This document shows, one piece after another, positions 1 to 13,094 of a stretch of DNA of 35,956 bases. Made by a program: the position numbers and the translations under genes. Where the stretch lies: assembly GCF_006345805.1 (NCBI RefSeq), contig NW_021826229.1:1-35956 (forward strand), read 5' to 3'. The first letter of the stretch is position 1. Every line of letters begins with the position of its first letter. The notes beneath the pieces were generated by a model, which did not search any database, had not been told where the DNA came from, and worked only from the letters and a program-made list of their open reading frames with translations. Origin of the DNA: Octopus sinensis (Eukaryota).

Positions 1-1261
1 GCCAACCCGGCACAACTCTTCACCACGAAGTCACGAGGCATCCTGGCACACTGCTCATTGATGGCAGTCTTCAGAGATTTAATGTTGGGGTGGGAGGTTT
101 TGTTGGTGACATGCTCCAAAATGCCTCACACGGAACAGACCAGTGGGCTGAGATCCTGACTGAAGAGGGCCAGAAATCCGCAGGCCACAAAGCAACAAAG
201 CTGGATTTGCAGAAATTCTGTACCTTCTTGGTAGAATGGCTGAAAGCACCATCTTCAATCCACACATAGTTGCCCTCCGGGTAGTTGGCCGTGAGCCATT
301 GCAAGATATGGTTCTCAACGTCTTGTCGTAGGCATTAACACCCACCTTTTCTTCAGGCATGTAGATGTAGATGAGTATGTTTTTTTCCGCCAGGGGCTAC
401 AAGTCCGAAAGCTATGAGCTGGGCTGGTTGTTTTGTTCTGAATATGCCTTTCACGTCAGCTGTTGACTCCGCAATGTCCCGGTACTTTCTGCGGTTCACA
501 ACAGCATCCACTGTGAAGATCTCGTCAGAGAAAATCTTCACAGGGGACCCGTTCTTTTTAAAGTATGTGAGAACCCATTTGCACCTCTCCAGTCTCCTGG
601 CCTTCGTAGGTTCTGTCCGCAGGTGTTTCGGTGTCCAGGTGTAGGACTGTTCTGATGGCCTTGGAGCCCATTTCAAATTCAGAAGTCAGCTTTCTCATGG
701 ACCTGGTTAGGTCCGTTGAAATTTTGAACTTGAGAGTGTTGATGAAGTCTTCATTCCGCTTCCAGTTGGTCCCACTGCTGCCAGATTTCCTCTGAATGCT
801 GTTTCTTATGCCCATTCTTTTCTTGACCTAATAAACTGTGTGTAAGTGGAGTCACATGGCCTAGTGGTTAGAGCAGCGGACTCGCGGTCGAGGGATCGCG
901 GGTTCGAATCTCAGACCGGACGATGTGTGTGTTTATGAGCGAAATACCTAAGCTCCACGTGGCTCTGCAGAAGGTAATGGCGAACTTCTGCTGACTATTT
1001 TGCCACAACTTTCTCTCACTCTTTCCTCCTGTATCTTGCAGCTCACCTGCGACAGACCGGCGTCCCGTCCAGATGGGGAACCTATATGCCAAGAAACCGG
1101 GAAACCAGCTCTTATGAGCCAGGCATGGCTCGAGAAGGAACAAACAACAACAACAACAAACTGTGTGTAAGGACACTTCAACTATGTTTAAGTTTCTCTA
1201 CAGATCGAATGCTTCACAGACTAAATCACACTGTTTGGCGTTTGTCTTCATGAGCAGTCAT
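1..1261 (-). pseudogene. maT/DD37D transposase pseudogene (ATG at about 1261), interrupted by SINE A1
   Basis: ORFs 558-815, 353-676, 79-360 and 71-304 are consecutive frameshifted pieces. The 558-815 frame continues across the SINE once one TSD copy is removed (NIVEVSLHTVY*VKKRMGIRNS). Confidence 0.85.
847..1157 (+). mobile_element. tRNA-derived SINE, group A copy 1, full length, (CAA)n tail
   Basis: A box TGGCCTAGTGG, B box GGTTCGAATC, (CAA)n tail. Exact 14-bp TSD AAACTGTGTGTAAG at 833-846 and 1158-1171. Near-identical copy at 7025. Confidence 0.95.
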
Positions 1262-1405
1262 GTTCTTTATTTTCCTGCCAAAAAGAAGTTTGCCATTAGC
1301 TGACAATGTATCCTTTGTTCTGCATTAGGTTCCATATCATTTGGTGTAGTGGTTGCTGTGAAATATTAGTGTAACTTTTAATGCAAGTTTTGCATGCCTA
1401 CCCAG

Positions 1406-1749
1406 TACATACATACATATATACATACATGCATACATACATACATACATACATACATACATACATACATACATACATACATGCATACATAGGATAGGAG
1501 CACTCCGTCGGTTACGACGACGAGGGTCCCGGCTGATACGCGTACCCCTAACGTAGTTCTCGGGGAGATTCAGCGCTACACAGAGTGTGACAAGGCCGGC
1601 CCTTTGAAATACAGGTATAACTCATTTTTTGCCAGCTGAGTGGACTGGAGCAACGTGAAATAAAGTGTCTTGCCCAAGGACACAACACGTCGCCGAGAAT
1701 CGAACTCACGACCTTACAATCGTGTGCCGAATGCCCTAACCACCAAGCC

Positions 1750-1782
<33 letters not shown>

Positions 1783-1936
1783 CATACATACATACATACA
1801 TACATACATGAATACATACATACATACATACATACATACATACATACATACATACATACATACATACATACATACGTATATACATACATACATACATGAA
1901 TACATGAATACATACATACATACATACATACATACA

Positions 1937-1970
<34 letters not shown>

Positions 1971-2000
1971 CATACATACACACGTACATACATACATATT
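1406..2000. repeat. (TACA)n microsatellite, split by SINE B1
   Basis: Direct inspection: tracts at about 1406-1490 and 1752-2000. Confidence 0.95.
1491..1751 (-). mobile_element. tRNA-derived SINE, group B copy 1, CORE-like central domain
   Basis: Minus strand reads TGGCTTGGTGGTTAGGGC (A box), GAGTTCGATTC (B box), then GTGTCCTTGGGCAAGACACTTTATTTCAC. Head and core are shared with the 27085 and 33673 copies. Confidence 0.9.
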
Positions 2001-2011
2001 TTGCACAAGAA

Positions 2012-2315
2012 ATCTGAGGAAACTATATCAGACATCCCATAACGACCATTTTTTCAACGATACATTGTACCAAATGGCTAACGAAAAGCAACTTAATACA
2101 AGGATAAAGGAACGCCGATTGTGATGGATTGGTCACCAACGGCGACACCCAGCCAGTGAATACTGTCGACAGTGCCTGTTGCTTAACACCTTGCAAGATG
2201 AAAAGTAGGAGAGGAAACGACGAAGAACGATATGCCAGCTTCTGATTCGCGCAGATTGCGGGATGTCATTCAGTGAAAAACTTCTATCGGCTGAAGATGG
2301 AAATGAGTAGAAAGC
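2012..2315 (+). mobile_element. Non-LTR retrotransposon ORF2 C-terminal fragment, RTE-like, degraded
   Basis: Translates as LRKLYQTSHNDHFFNDTLYQ...RIKERRL*WIGH...KRRRT, resembling the RTE C-terminal RRLRWxGH motif. Confidence 0.65.
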
Positions 2316-2396
2316 CTTGAAAAATAACTGACTGTACCCTTCTTGCCCCTATTAATCATTTCTTTGTTAACTTTTGAATAATAATTATAGGCTGGT

Positions 2397-2529
<133 letters not shown>

Positions 2530-2542
2530 GGTTAGGGTTATA

Positions 2543-3060
2543 TTTGGGATAAAAAATGTTCAGTAGCTGCCATAAATTGATTGCAGAACAATTTAATGCC
2601 TTAATCAATGGAGATGAAATCACAGTCTAGTTGAGAAAAGGACACACGGTGTTGTACCTGAAGGATGCATCAAAAGGAAATGCTGCCAACAGTTACAGGC
2701 CAATTTTTTGCCTCCCATTAATCTTTTCTACTATCGGCACAAGACATTAAATTGTTCTACAATCAATTTATGGAAGCTACTGAACATTTTTTATCCCAAA
2801 TCCCTGTACACCATCAGGTCCTGGTGCTTTCCAATTGCTTATGTTTTTACTCATATTTCTGATACCGTCTTCTGTGAAGTGTATAGCATCTTGCTGGTGA
2901 TAAGAAATTGTTTGCTTCAAGCTGCAAAGCCTTTCAACTGTAGTATTATGTTGTTCTTGCTTGCTCCATATCTTACCCCAAAACAGTCGACTTTCATCAG
3001 CATCGGAGATTAATCTTTCATGTTTTTTATCATCATTAATCTCTTGATAAAATCTGTTTT
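2543..3060. mobile_element. R4/Dong-clade LINE reverse-transcriptase fragment, rearranged by inversion
   Basis: Minus strand: NISNWKAPGPDGVQGFGIK. Plus strand 2543-2725 continues the same protein: SSCHKLIAEQFN...KGHTVLYLKD...NSYRPIFCLPL. Confidence 0.8.
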
Positions 3061-3100
3061 GGTCAGTTCTAATTATTATTATTATTATTATTATTATTAA

Positions 3101-3190
3101 TTTTCCTTCTTTCTTCAAATTTTCTTTCGTTTCTCGCCGAGTGTTTTCCGTACTCCTAGGGCAGACAAGCTCATTGTATGCATTCCCAGA
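3101..3190 (-). mobile_element. Probable R4/Dong 3' terminus followed by (TAA)n
   Basis: Shares the AAAACACTCGGC motif with the Dong 3' UTR at about 4820-4840 and runs into the TAA tract at 3070-3100. Confidence 0.55.
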
Positions 3191-3282
3191 TTACACACGC
3201 AAAATCACAGGTAAAATATGTATTTAAAAAATTAATAAATACATACATGAATTATTATTATGTATTTATTATTATTATTATT

Positions 3283-3507
3283 GAGGGGGAGAGCAGTGCA
3301 TGCCATCAAAGTGACACTGGGGTAAAATATACGAAGCCCAGTGTACCCATCATGACTACCCGTCTGATAAGGGTACACTAGGCACATGCATCACAACCAT
3401 ATGTTCATGACATGGTGATCTCACATCAAGATAAACAGCGCATGACCTTGCAGGTGGGGCCCAGTTAGAACTTTCTTCTGGTCGAGTAGCCCATCCCGCT
3501 CAGAAGG

Positions 3508-3513
<6 letters not shown>
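3283..3513 (-). mobile_element. Unclassified non-coding interspersed element flanked on both sides by TAA/TTA repeats
   Basis: 230-bp complex-sequence block with sharp borders against TAA/TTA tracts. The orientation is a guess. Confidence 0.5.
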
Positions 3514-3541
<28 letters not shown>

Positions 3542-3588
3542 TAATAATATAATAATAATAATAATAATATAATAATTATAATTATTAT

Positions 3589-3655
<67 letters not shown>

Positions 3656-3660
3656 TATTT
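3514..3660. repeat. (TAA)n switching to (TTA)n; self-complementary microsatellite
   Basis: Direct inspection; the orientation flips at about 3575-3600. Confidence 0.9.
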
Positions 3661-3825
3661 ATATTCATGCAGTAGTACTATTTTTATAACGTCCTTTCAC
3701 TGCACTACCGAGCGCAGATACAAAATAATAGGTTTATAAGCCCTAAAATTCACTCTATCATTGCCCACGAGCATATAGCTTAGTGGCTAAGAGCGGGGCT
3801 ACTACTAATAATAATACCATTAGCA

Positions 3826-3985
3826 ATAAACCTTAGGAATGAGAACAGAGTACCCCAGTAGTCAAATAATAGGTTTGGTTCGAAATTCCACCAGAACACC
3901 TGACGAAGGCTGGGGAGTACGTCAGCCGAACCGTTGTGGTAACAACCAGCAACGTGAGGACACCTCTCCATCTAATGTAAATATT
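3826..3985 (+). mobile_element. Penelope-like terminal-repeat fragment with degenerate hammerhead-like motif
   Basis: CTGACGA-A-GGCTG...CAGCC-GAAC-CGTTG at about 3900-3936. Confidence 0.5.
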
Positions 3986-4735
3986 CTCAGCCATTGTTGG
4001 GATTTTGCTTTGTCTATTTCTTTTCTGCTTAGTTTAACCCAATATTTGCCATGAAATGGCTTTTCTTGCCATCGTTTTATCATGATCCATTGCTGTTCCA
4101 GTTTTAGTTTGGATTTCAGCTTTTGTTGTTTCTCATCATACTTGTTAGGCATTATGACATTTTTTTATTTGTCAGCTTCCTTAAAGTCTAAAAATAGTTT
4201 TTTTTGCTTTGTTCGTGTTTTGTGGTTTTTTGTACTAGTTTTCCTTGCTTCTGAAATAGGTATTTCCGTAGTCCTATGGTGGTTATTTTGTAATAGTTTT
4301 CTAGCTATATAAGGCCTCTACCAACTTCGATCCGTTATGTATATAGTCTTTCTATATAAGATTTTGGGTGGTACATCCTAAATCCTGTCATTATTTTTCT
4401 TGTTTTCCTGTTTATTTTGTTAAGTTCATTTAGAGTCCAGTTAAGAATATTGTAGCTTATAACTAAGACGGCTAGAGTGTTGATATCTATTATCTTGTTT
4501 TTCGCACTGAGCTCTAACTTGTCTATAGTATTCCTTTTCATCTTCTGCATTTGTGTGCGTTGTAAAGTATCTAGTTCATTGATTCCTAAATATTTGTATG
4601 TCTGGCTTTGGTCTAATTCTCTTATTTCATTTCCTTTATCTGGTGTAACGTTGCTACTCTTAACTAGTTTTCCTCTTTTCAAAATTGCTTTGGCACATTT
4701 TTCTAAGCTAATTTTCATGTTTATTTCTTTGATTA
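3985..4735 (-). mobile_element. R4/Dong-clade LINE fragment (late RT / thumb region)
   Basis: MKISLEKCA...YKYLGINE...LSAKNKIIDINTLAV...NWTLNEL...YHPKSYIERLY, then GRGLI...TIGLRKYL, then WQEKPFHGKY...SQQWL. Confidence 0.88.
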
Positions 4736-4799
4736 TTTTTATTATTGTTGTTGTTGTTGTTGTTGTTGTTGTTATTGCTGTTGTTACTATCATTATCAT

Positions 4800-5880
4800 C
4801 TTTCAATTCTGTTTCCATTTCCTGCCGAGTGTTTTCTTGACACCTAGACCAGAGAAACGCACTGAATACATTGGTAGGCCATTAAAATAAACTCATCAGA
4901 TTGATCACTTACAAAGTCAAGTGATAGAGAAAAAGGGAAGAAAGACAACGAGAAAAAGGGAAAAAATAGAAATAAATAAGTAAACAAAGAAAATAAAGAT
5001 GGAAAAAGGTAAGAAAATTCACAGCGAAAATGCTCTTTTTAGTATGTGTGACGTAACAGTTAAGACAATCTTTTGTACTTCCTGCATGAATTGCAAGCCA
5101 GGGATCATTCTTAAATAATTTTCAATTCCTTTTTTGATCATTCCAAGTACACCTACAATCACTGGTATCATAATCGTCTTGAGATCCCACATCTTTTCGA
5201 TTTCGATTTGCAAATTCTTTTGCTAGATATTATGGTCACATGGTATGCTCATGTCAGTTAATAAACAGACTTTATTGTTTTGGTTTTTCACAACAATATC
5301 TGGTTTATTCGCTTTGATGGTCCGCTCTGTACATACGAGGAAGTCCCAAAGAATCGTATTCTCTCTTAGTTACAGCCTCAGGGTTGTGCTTGTACCATTT
5401 GTCAGTAGTTTTGATTTTATAATGCCGACACATTATCCAATGTGAATATTGATCAACTCTGTCATGTTTTCATTTATACACTACATGCTACATTCACTTA
5501 CTACACGAGTAACGCTTTCCTCTTTTGATTTGCATGATCTACATTGGTAATCTACTTGGTTTTTGTCTTTCTTGCCTTTTATGAAATTAGTCCTTAATGC
5601 TTGATCTTAAGTTGCTACTACTTAACTTTCCGTCTCCCTCTTCAGCTTTCCTTTCTGCAACCTTAACTATGTCTCACTACTACTATTTACGGCAACTATC
5701 TTTAGGCACCTACCATGCAATGCCTTCTGCTAGTCAGATAATTCCTGTTCTTTTTTCTGGGTTTTTTTAAACTTCGTTTGGGTTTTTGGTTTCCCTAATT
5801 CTTCCTGTGACTATAGCAGCTTTCAATAAACTTTCTTCAATACTACCTACACTTGAGTCTATATCTACTCTAGCTAACTT
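4800..5880 (-). mobile_element. R4/Dong-clade LINE 3' part: CCHC knuckle, restriction-like endonuclease, 3' UTR
   Basis: KALHG...KGKLKRETES...DQALRTN...CRSCKSKEESVTRVVSEC; ILWDF...TIKANKPDIVV...LTDMSIP; EIEKMW...IPVIVGVLG...HILKRAFSL* (stop at 5019). The UTR ends at a TAA/CAA tract near 4800. Confidence 0.9.
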
Positions 5881-6400
5881 TACAGCCAGAGATTAGGTGG
5901 TCCACTGTTTCAATCTCATCGTTGCATCGGTACTTGGGTCTACACCATTTTTCATCACCTTGGCTTGATAGTTCCGGGTCAATAACCTCTGATCTTGAGC
6001 AGCTAAGATAAAGCCTTTACTCTCTGGCTGAGCTCTGTAGCCACTGATGAGTGTGCTTCTGGTCTACATCAGCTTGTTTACTACAGGCCACATTTTTGCC
6101 ATGCAGGTATTTTTTGTTCCCACCTATCAGCCAATTGTTCAAATGCATTTTGCTTTGCTATGGATCTCACCGTCTGTGCAACTACAGTTGCCGTACTTCC
6201 ATCATACTGTTCAACCGGAAACTCACTTGATTTTTTTGCCTCTCCTTCGTAACAGAATGAAGCTTCATGGTTTTCAACGAGCTTTAGCATCCAGTCGTTA
6301 GATGTTTCAAGATATTTTGCCAGTCCAGATGTGGTGGTTCTGTAAGAGATTCCAAATTAGATCAAACCTCAACGGAGAGTTTATGTGGTCGAAGTTACCC
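5880..6400 (-). mobile_element. Another R4/Dong-clade fragment, ending at its own CCHC motif
   Basis: TTTSGLAKYLETSNDWMLKLVENHE...WEQK...QWLQSS...DPKYRCNDEIETVDHLISGCK. Confidence 0.85.
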
Positions 6401-6617
6401 TCCTTAAAACGTGAAACCGTTCCTGTGCAATTCTAAAGAATTTAAACAATACTACGAGGCAATAGTGTTTTACGGCTTACTCACTTCTCTCCCTTGTTTT
6501 GCATCTCTTTCTTTATATTTTCTCGATATTGAATTTCTTTGCTATAACTTGCACCATTTGTGTTACCGAAGCTCATATGATGGACAAGTATAAAAAAGAA
6601 TACCTTTCCCTATTCTC

Positions 6618-6692
6618 ATCCGGTCTGAGATTCGAACCCGCAATCACTCGACCGCAGGTCCGCTGCTCTAACCACTAGGTCATGTGCCTTCA
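6618..6692 (-). mobile_element. SINE group A, tRNA-like head only
   Basis: Reverse complement GAAGGCACATGACCTAGTGGTTAGAGCAGCGGAC...GGTTCGAATCTCAGACCGG matches A1 and A2. Confidence 0.9.
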
Positions 6693-7024
6693 CACAAAAG
6701 GTTATTGCATAGAGAGATTCCAAATTGTCTTCACGTCCCGGCAGCTCTCTGTACACTAGTCCGTTGTGATACAAAATACAAATATATAGGTGTATTCCAG
6801 AGATTTAAAAACTTTTTTAGAAGAAGCTGTTATAACTGTGCTAGATTGTTGCAATTCTAGTTTATCATTATTATGCATCTAATAAGCTGACCAACCAACT
6901 TTTGTCATTCCAGATTGATGGAGACGGCGGTAACAAGATTTGGGATACATCCTGCCTGCTAAAGCTTGTTTGTCACAACTGACCAGTGTACAGAGTGCTG
7001 TCGGGACGGGAAGACAATTTTGTG

Positions 7025-7327
7025 TGGAGGCACATGGCCAAGTGGTTAGAGTAGCGGACTCGCGGTCGAGGGATCGCGGGTTCGAATCTCAGACCGGGTG
7101 ATGTGTGTGTTTATGAGCGAAACACCTAAGCTGCACGCGGCTCCGGCAGAAGGTAATGGCGAACTTCTGCTGACACTTTCGCCACAACTTTCACTCTTTC
7201 CTCCTGCACCTTGCAGCTCACCTGCGACGGACCGGCGTCCCGTCCAGGTGGGGAACCTATAGGCCAAAGAAACCGGGAAACCGGCCCTTATGAGCCAGGC
7301 ATGGCTCGAGAAGGAACAAAACAAATA
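7025..7327 (+). mobile_element. SINE group A copy 2, full length
   Basis: Collinear with 847-1157. Possible 8-bp TSD TTTTGTGT (7018-7025 and 7331-7338). Confidence 0.95.
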
Positions 7328-7758
7328 ACCTTTTGTGTTGAACTGGGAAAAAAACACTAAAGAAGCATATAAAATGTTCCAGATTGCTAATGGATTAGCT
7401 TTATGAGCTGAGCATCTGGTTTTCGCTAGCACAAGAAACAGAGTGTTGAATGGAAGCATTCTGGCCCTTCCTGGCCCAAGAAAGCCAGACAAAGCAAGTA
7501 CACTGGGAAGCTTATAATAATCCCCTCTTATTAGGGGTTTTGAGGACGTTCATGAAGATATTTTGCGTGTGTGTGAGAGAGAGGGAGGTGTATAGGAGGA
7601 AGGAAGAGAATGAGAGAAGGGAAAACACGCCTCATATTCCACCAGGGCGACAACAGTCTGGGATTTGAAAGAGGGAAATCTGAAATAATAGGGAGCTAAA
7701 TAAAACAGATTTCATCTTTGCCCTACCCCCATCTCCTTAATCAAAATTCGATTTCAAA

Positions 7759-7980
7759 TTTCAATAGTTTTGACTCTGTCCGTTACTGCGTTCCATTTTT
7801 TTGTGTGTGCATGTGTGTGGGTTAGTGTGTGTGTGTGCCTACATACATACATACATACATACATACATACATACATACATACATACATACATACATACAT
7901 ACACTAACCTACACACATGCGCACAAACAAAAAAAAACGGAACGCAGTGTGAATAACGGACAGAGTCAAAACTATTGAAA
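7759..7980. repeat. Imperfect inverted repeat (arms of about 75-85 bp) around (CATA)n
   Basis: TTTCAATAGTTTTGACTCTGTCCGTTA... at 7759 pairs with ...TAACGGACAGAGTCAAAACTATTGAAA ending at 7980. Confidence 0.9.
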
Positions 7981-8093
7981 AGGTTGCACGACGCAGCCAA
8001 AATTTTAGAAAAATAAAAAAGAAATAAGCGGAAATTTTACCGGTGAGTAATTTATAAGGCAACAAAACAAAATGACTCTCCCCAAACACAACA

Positions 8094-8126
<33 letters not shown>

Positions 8127-8508
8127 AACAATAAATTAAATAGAGAAATACAAATGATAATCCAATAATCTGTATATTTTAAAATATAAAATAATATATA
8201 CTATGAATATAATATAACATAAATAATTATTAAAAACCTAAAAAAGCCAACAATTTGTTTCGACTTAAATACATTTTTGATATATAAACAATGCAATTAA
8301 TTTATATATAAGTCTCATTAGGGCAATTGGTATGTAAATAGAGGAAATTCCGTCTGAAAGAATTGCTGGATTGTAAAATACTTAATTCAAATGCTTATGT
8401 ATTATGAGCGTGAGCGTTAGCCATTCAACTACAGTTGTTTGTTATCTTATACATATATGTGTGTGTGTATGTGTATGTGTGTGTATGTATGTATATGTAT
8501 ATGTATAT

Positions 8509-8509
<1 letters not shown>

Positions 8510-8602
<93 letters not shown>
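8510..8602. repeat. (TA)n microsatellite
   Basis: Direct inspection. Confidence 0.95.
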
Positions 8603-8605
<3 letters not shown>

Positions 8606-9434
8606 TTGAAAAGGAACACACGAGTTGATATATATGGAAAAAAAATGTCAAGGTAGAAAATGATAAAATAATTTTATAAAAACATTTCAGTACCGGTTCC
8701 AGCCATTGAGACTTTATCAACTGTAAGTATGGAAAACAATTAAATTTGAGAAAAATTAAAAGAAAAGATTTTTAAAAGAATATTTGTATAGTATTCAAAT
8801 ACAAGTGGCATTTTCCTTGTTTCTGCCTGGCTCTGTCTCTCTTGTTTACTCTTGTGGCTTCGAGGTCGTTGTGAATTCTTGGTAGGGAAGAAGAAGAAGG
8901 AGGAGGCGGAGAAGAAGAAGAAGAATGCGGGAGTGCTATGATAGTAATATGTTGAATGGTCAAGTGCCATGAAAGTGTCCCGTGGCGGATGGTAGTAGTG
9001 ATTGATTTCTTGAGACATCTCTTTTGAAGGTATTGTTTAAAATTTGCGTAGGTGTTATTCTAAACCGCAATAGTGGCAAAGTTAGTAAGGAGGTGGCGGA
9101 GAGGAAGAAGACGCTATATATATATATATATATATTATTTATATTATTATGTGATTGAACGCTACGCATCCATTTCCAAGTAGGTTTATCTTAATCTTTC
9201 TACTATATACTGTTTTCTCCCCTATCGTATTCTCTCTCGCCCTTTCTCTAATTCCTTTTCTTTCTCCTCTTTATCGTTTCCAATCTGTCTCTCTCCCACT
9301 CTTTCTCCTTTACTTTCTATTGCTGCTCACACGTGACCATCGTCCATCTTTCTTTTCCTCATGTGATCACCTTTCTTTTCTTTCAGGGCCGTCGTATGGA
9401 CTGGGCGTATCCTATCCCTCTCTTCTATCTTTTC

Positions 9435-9714
9435 TTGTAAGTGGATTTGGTAGACTGAAACTGAAAGAAGCCCATCGTATATATATTTATTAATTTATTT
9501 ATTTATATATATGACGCAGAAGTATCACAAAACTGTTACTCAGAATTTCACCTTCCCGTTCGTCGGACGAACGGGAAGGGTAAACTCTGATATTTTTGTG
9601 ATATTTTTGCTGCATTTTAATAAATATTTTAATAAATTATATTACTCTACCTCTGGTATTCGAGTGCAATTTTTTCCACTAATGTTTCGCATTTATTTAC
9701 TTACTCATGTATAT

Positions 9715-9750
<36 letters not shown>

Positions 9751-10005
9751 ATCTGTGTGTGGTGTGTGTGTGTATCTGTGTGTGTGTGCGCTTTAGTACC
9801 TGTTTTTTTCCTCCACCATCGCCTGACAACCGATGTTGGTGTGTTTACCTCGCCGTCATTAGCGGTGTGGCAAAAATAGACCGGTAGAATAAGTACGAGG
9901 TGTACAAAGAATAAGTCGTGGAGTCGATTTGTTTCGATTAAAGGTGGTGCTCCAGCATGGCCGCAATCAACTGCCTGAAGCAAGTAAAAGAATAAAAGAA
10001 TAACT
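9435..10005 (+). mobile_element. SINE group D, 5'-truncated and expanded at its internal microsatellite
   Basis: GTGGATTTGGTAGACTGAAACTGAAAGAAGCCCATCG at about 9440, and 3' half GACAACCGATGTTGGTGTGTTTAC...GGTGCTCCAGCATGGCCGC...TAAAAGAATAAAAG at about 9825-10000, matching the 22117 and 27621 copies. Confidence 0.85.
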
Positions 10006-10019
10006 AAAAGTATGTACAC

Positions 10020-12450
<2,431 letters not shown>

Positions 12451-13094
12451 ATGTGATGAAAGATTTTTAAAAAGGAAAAGAATGAAATAAAGCGAGAAAG
12501 GAAAGAAAGAAGGAAAGACTCGATGAATGAATGATTAAATGAATGAAAAATTTAGAACGTTTCTTTCTGGTATTTACTATGGTCATCGATAGGTGGCGTT
12601 GATGGTGATATGATGGCGGTATTGATACGACCGTTGTTAGCGCTCGATATCTTGGTGGTGATGATGATAGACGCTGGTGGTGTTTGCGGTGGTAGTGGTG
12701 GTGGTCATGGTGGTGGTGGTCGTGGTGGTGGTGGTGTTGACTGTCATGGTGTAAGAGGTGGGTGGCTAGTATTGCAAACGATGTGCGACTGCTGGTGATG
12801 GTAGAGGTGATGGTGGTGGTGGTGATGGTGGTGGTGGTGGTGGTGGTGGTGGTGGTGGTGGTGATGGTGGTGGTGGTGGTGGTGGTGGTGAGGGGTTTGA
12901 AACTCATCTCGTTATTTATACTTCCCTATTATTCGACTCTGTTGTCGGTTCTCAATGTTCATAATCATCATAATCATCATCATCATCATCATCCTCTTCA
13001 GCAGCCCCAGCATCACCTTATTTCTTTTATTTTGTTTGTCATCTATACATTTTCTTCCTATTCTTGTTCTACATGTTGTTGCTGCTGCTGCTGC

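Larger units (their letters stand above)
1..1405 (-). mobile_element. Tc1/mariner DNA transposon, DD37D (maT-like), degraded; runs off the window start
   Basis: Frameshifted transposase pieces: KIFSDE-IFTVD (first D), YVWIEDGAFSH (second E/D-G), and, after restoring one base, WPSS-x-QDLSPLV-CSV*GILE, giving 37 residues to the third (mutated) D. The outer end is CCCAG followed by TA at 1406-1407. Confidence 0.9.

Noticed and set aside
847-930. tRNA-like sequences here and at 6618, 7025, 13469, 1751, 22117, 27621 and about 3770-3800
   Set aside because: They have A and B boxes but no closed acceptor stem, and mostly continue into SINE bodies, so they are SINE heads rather than tRNA genes.
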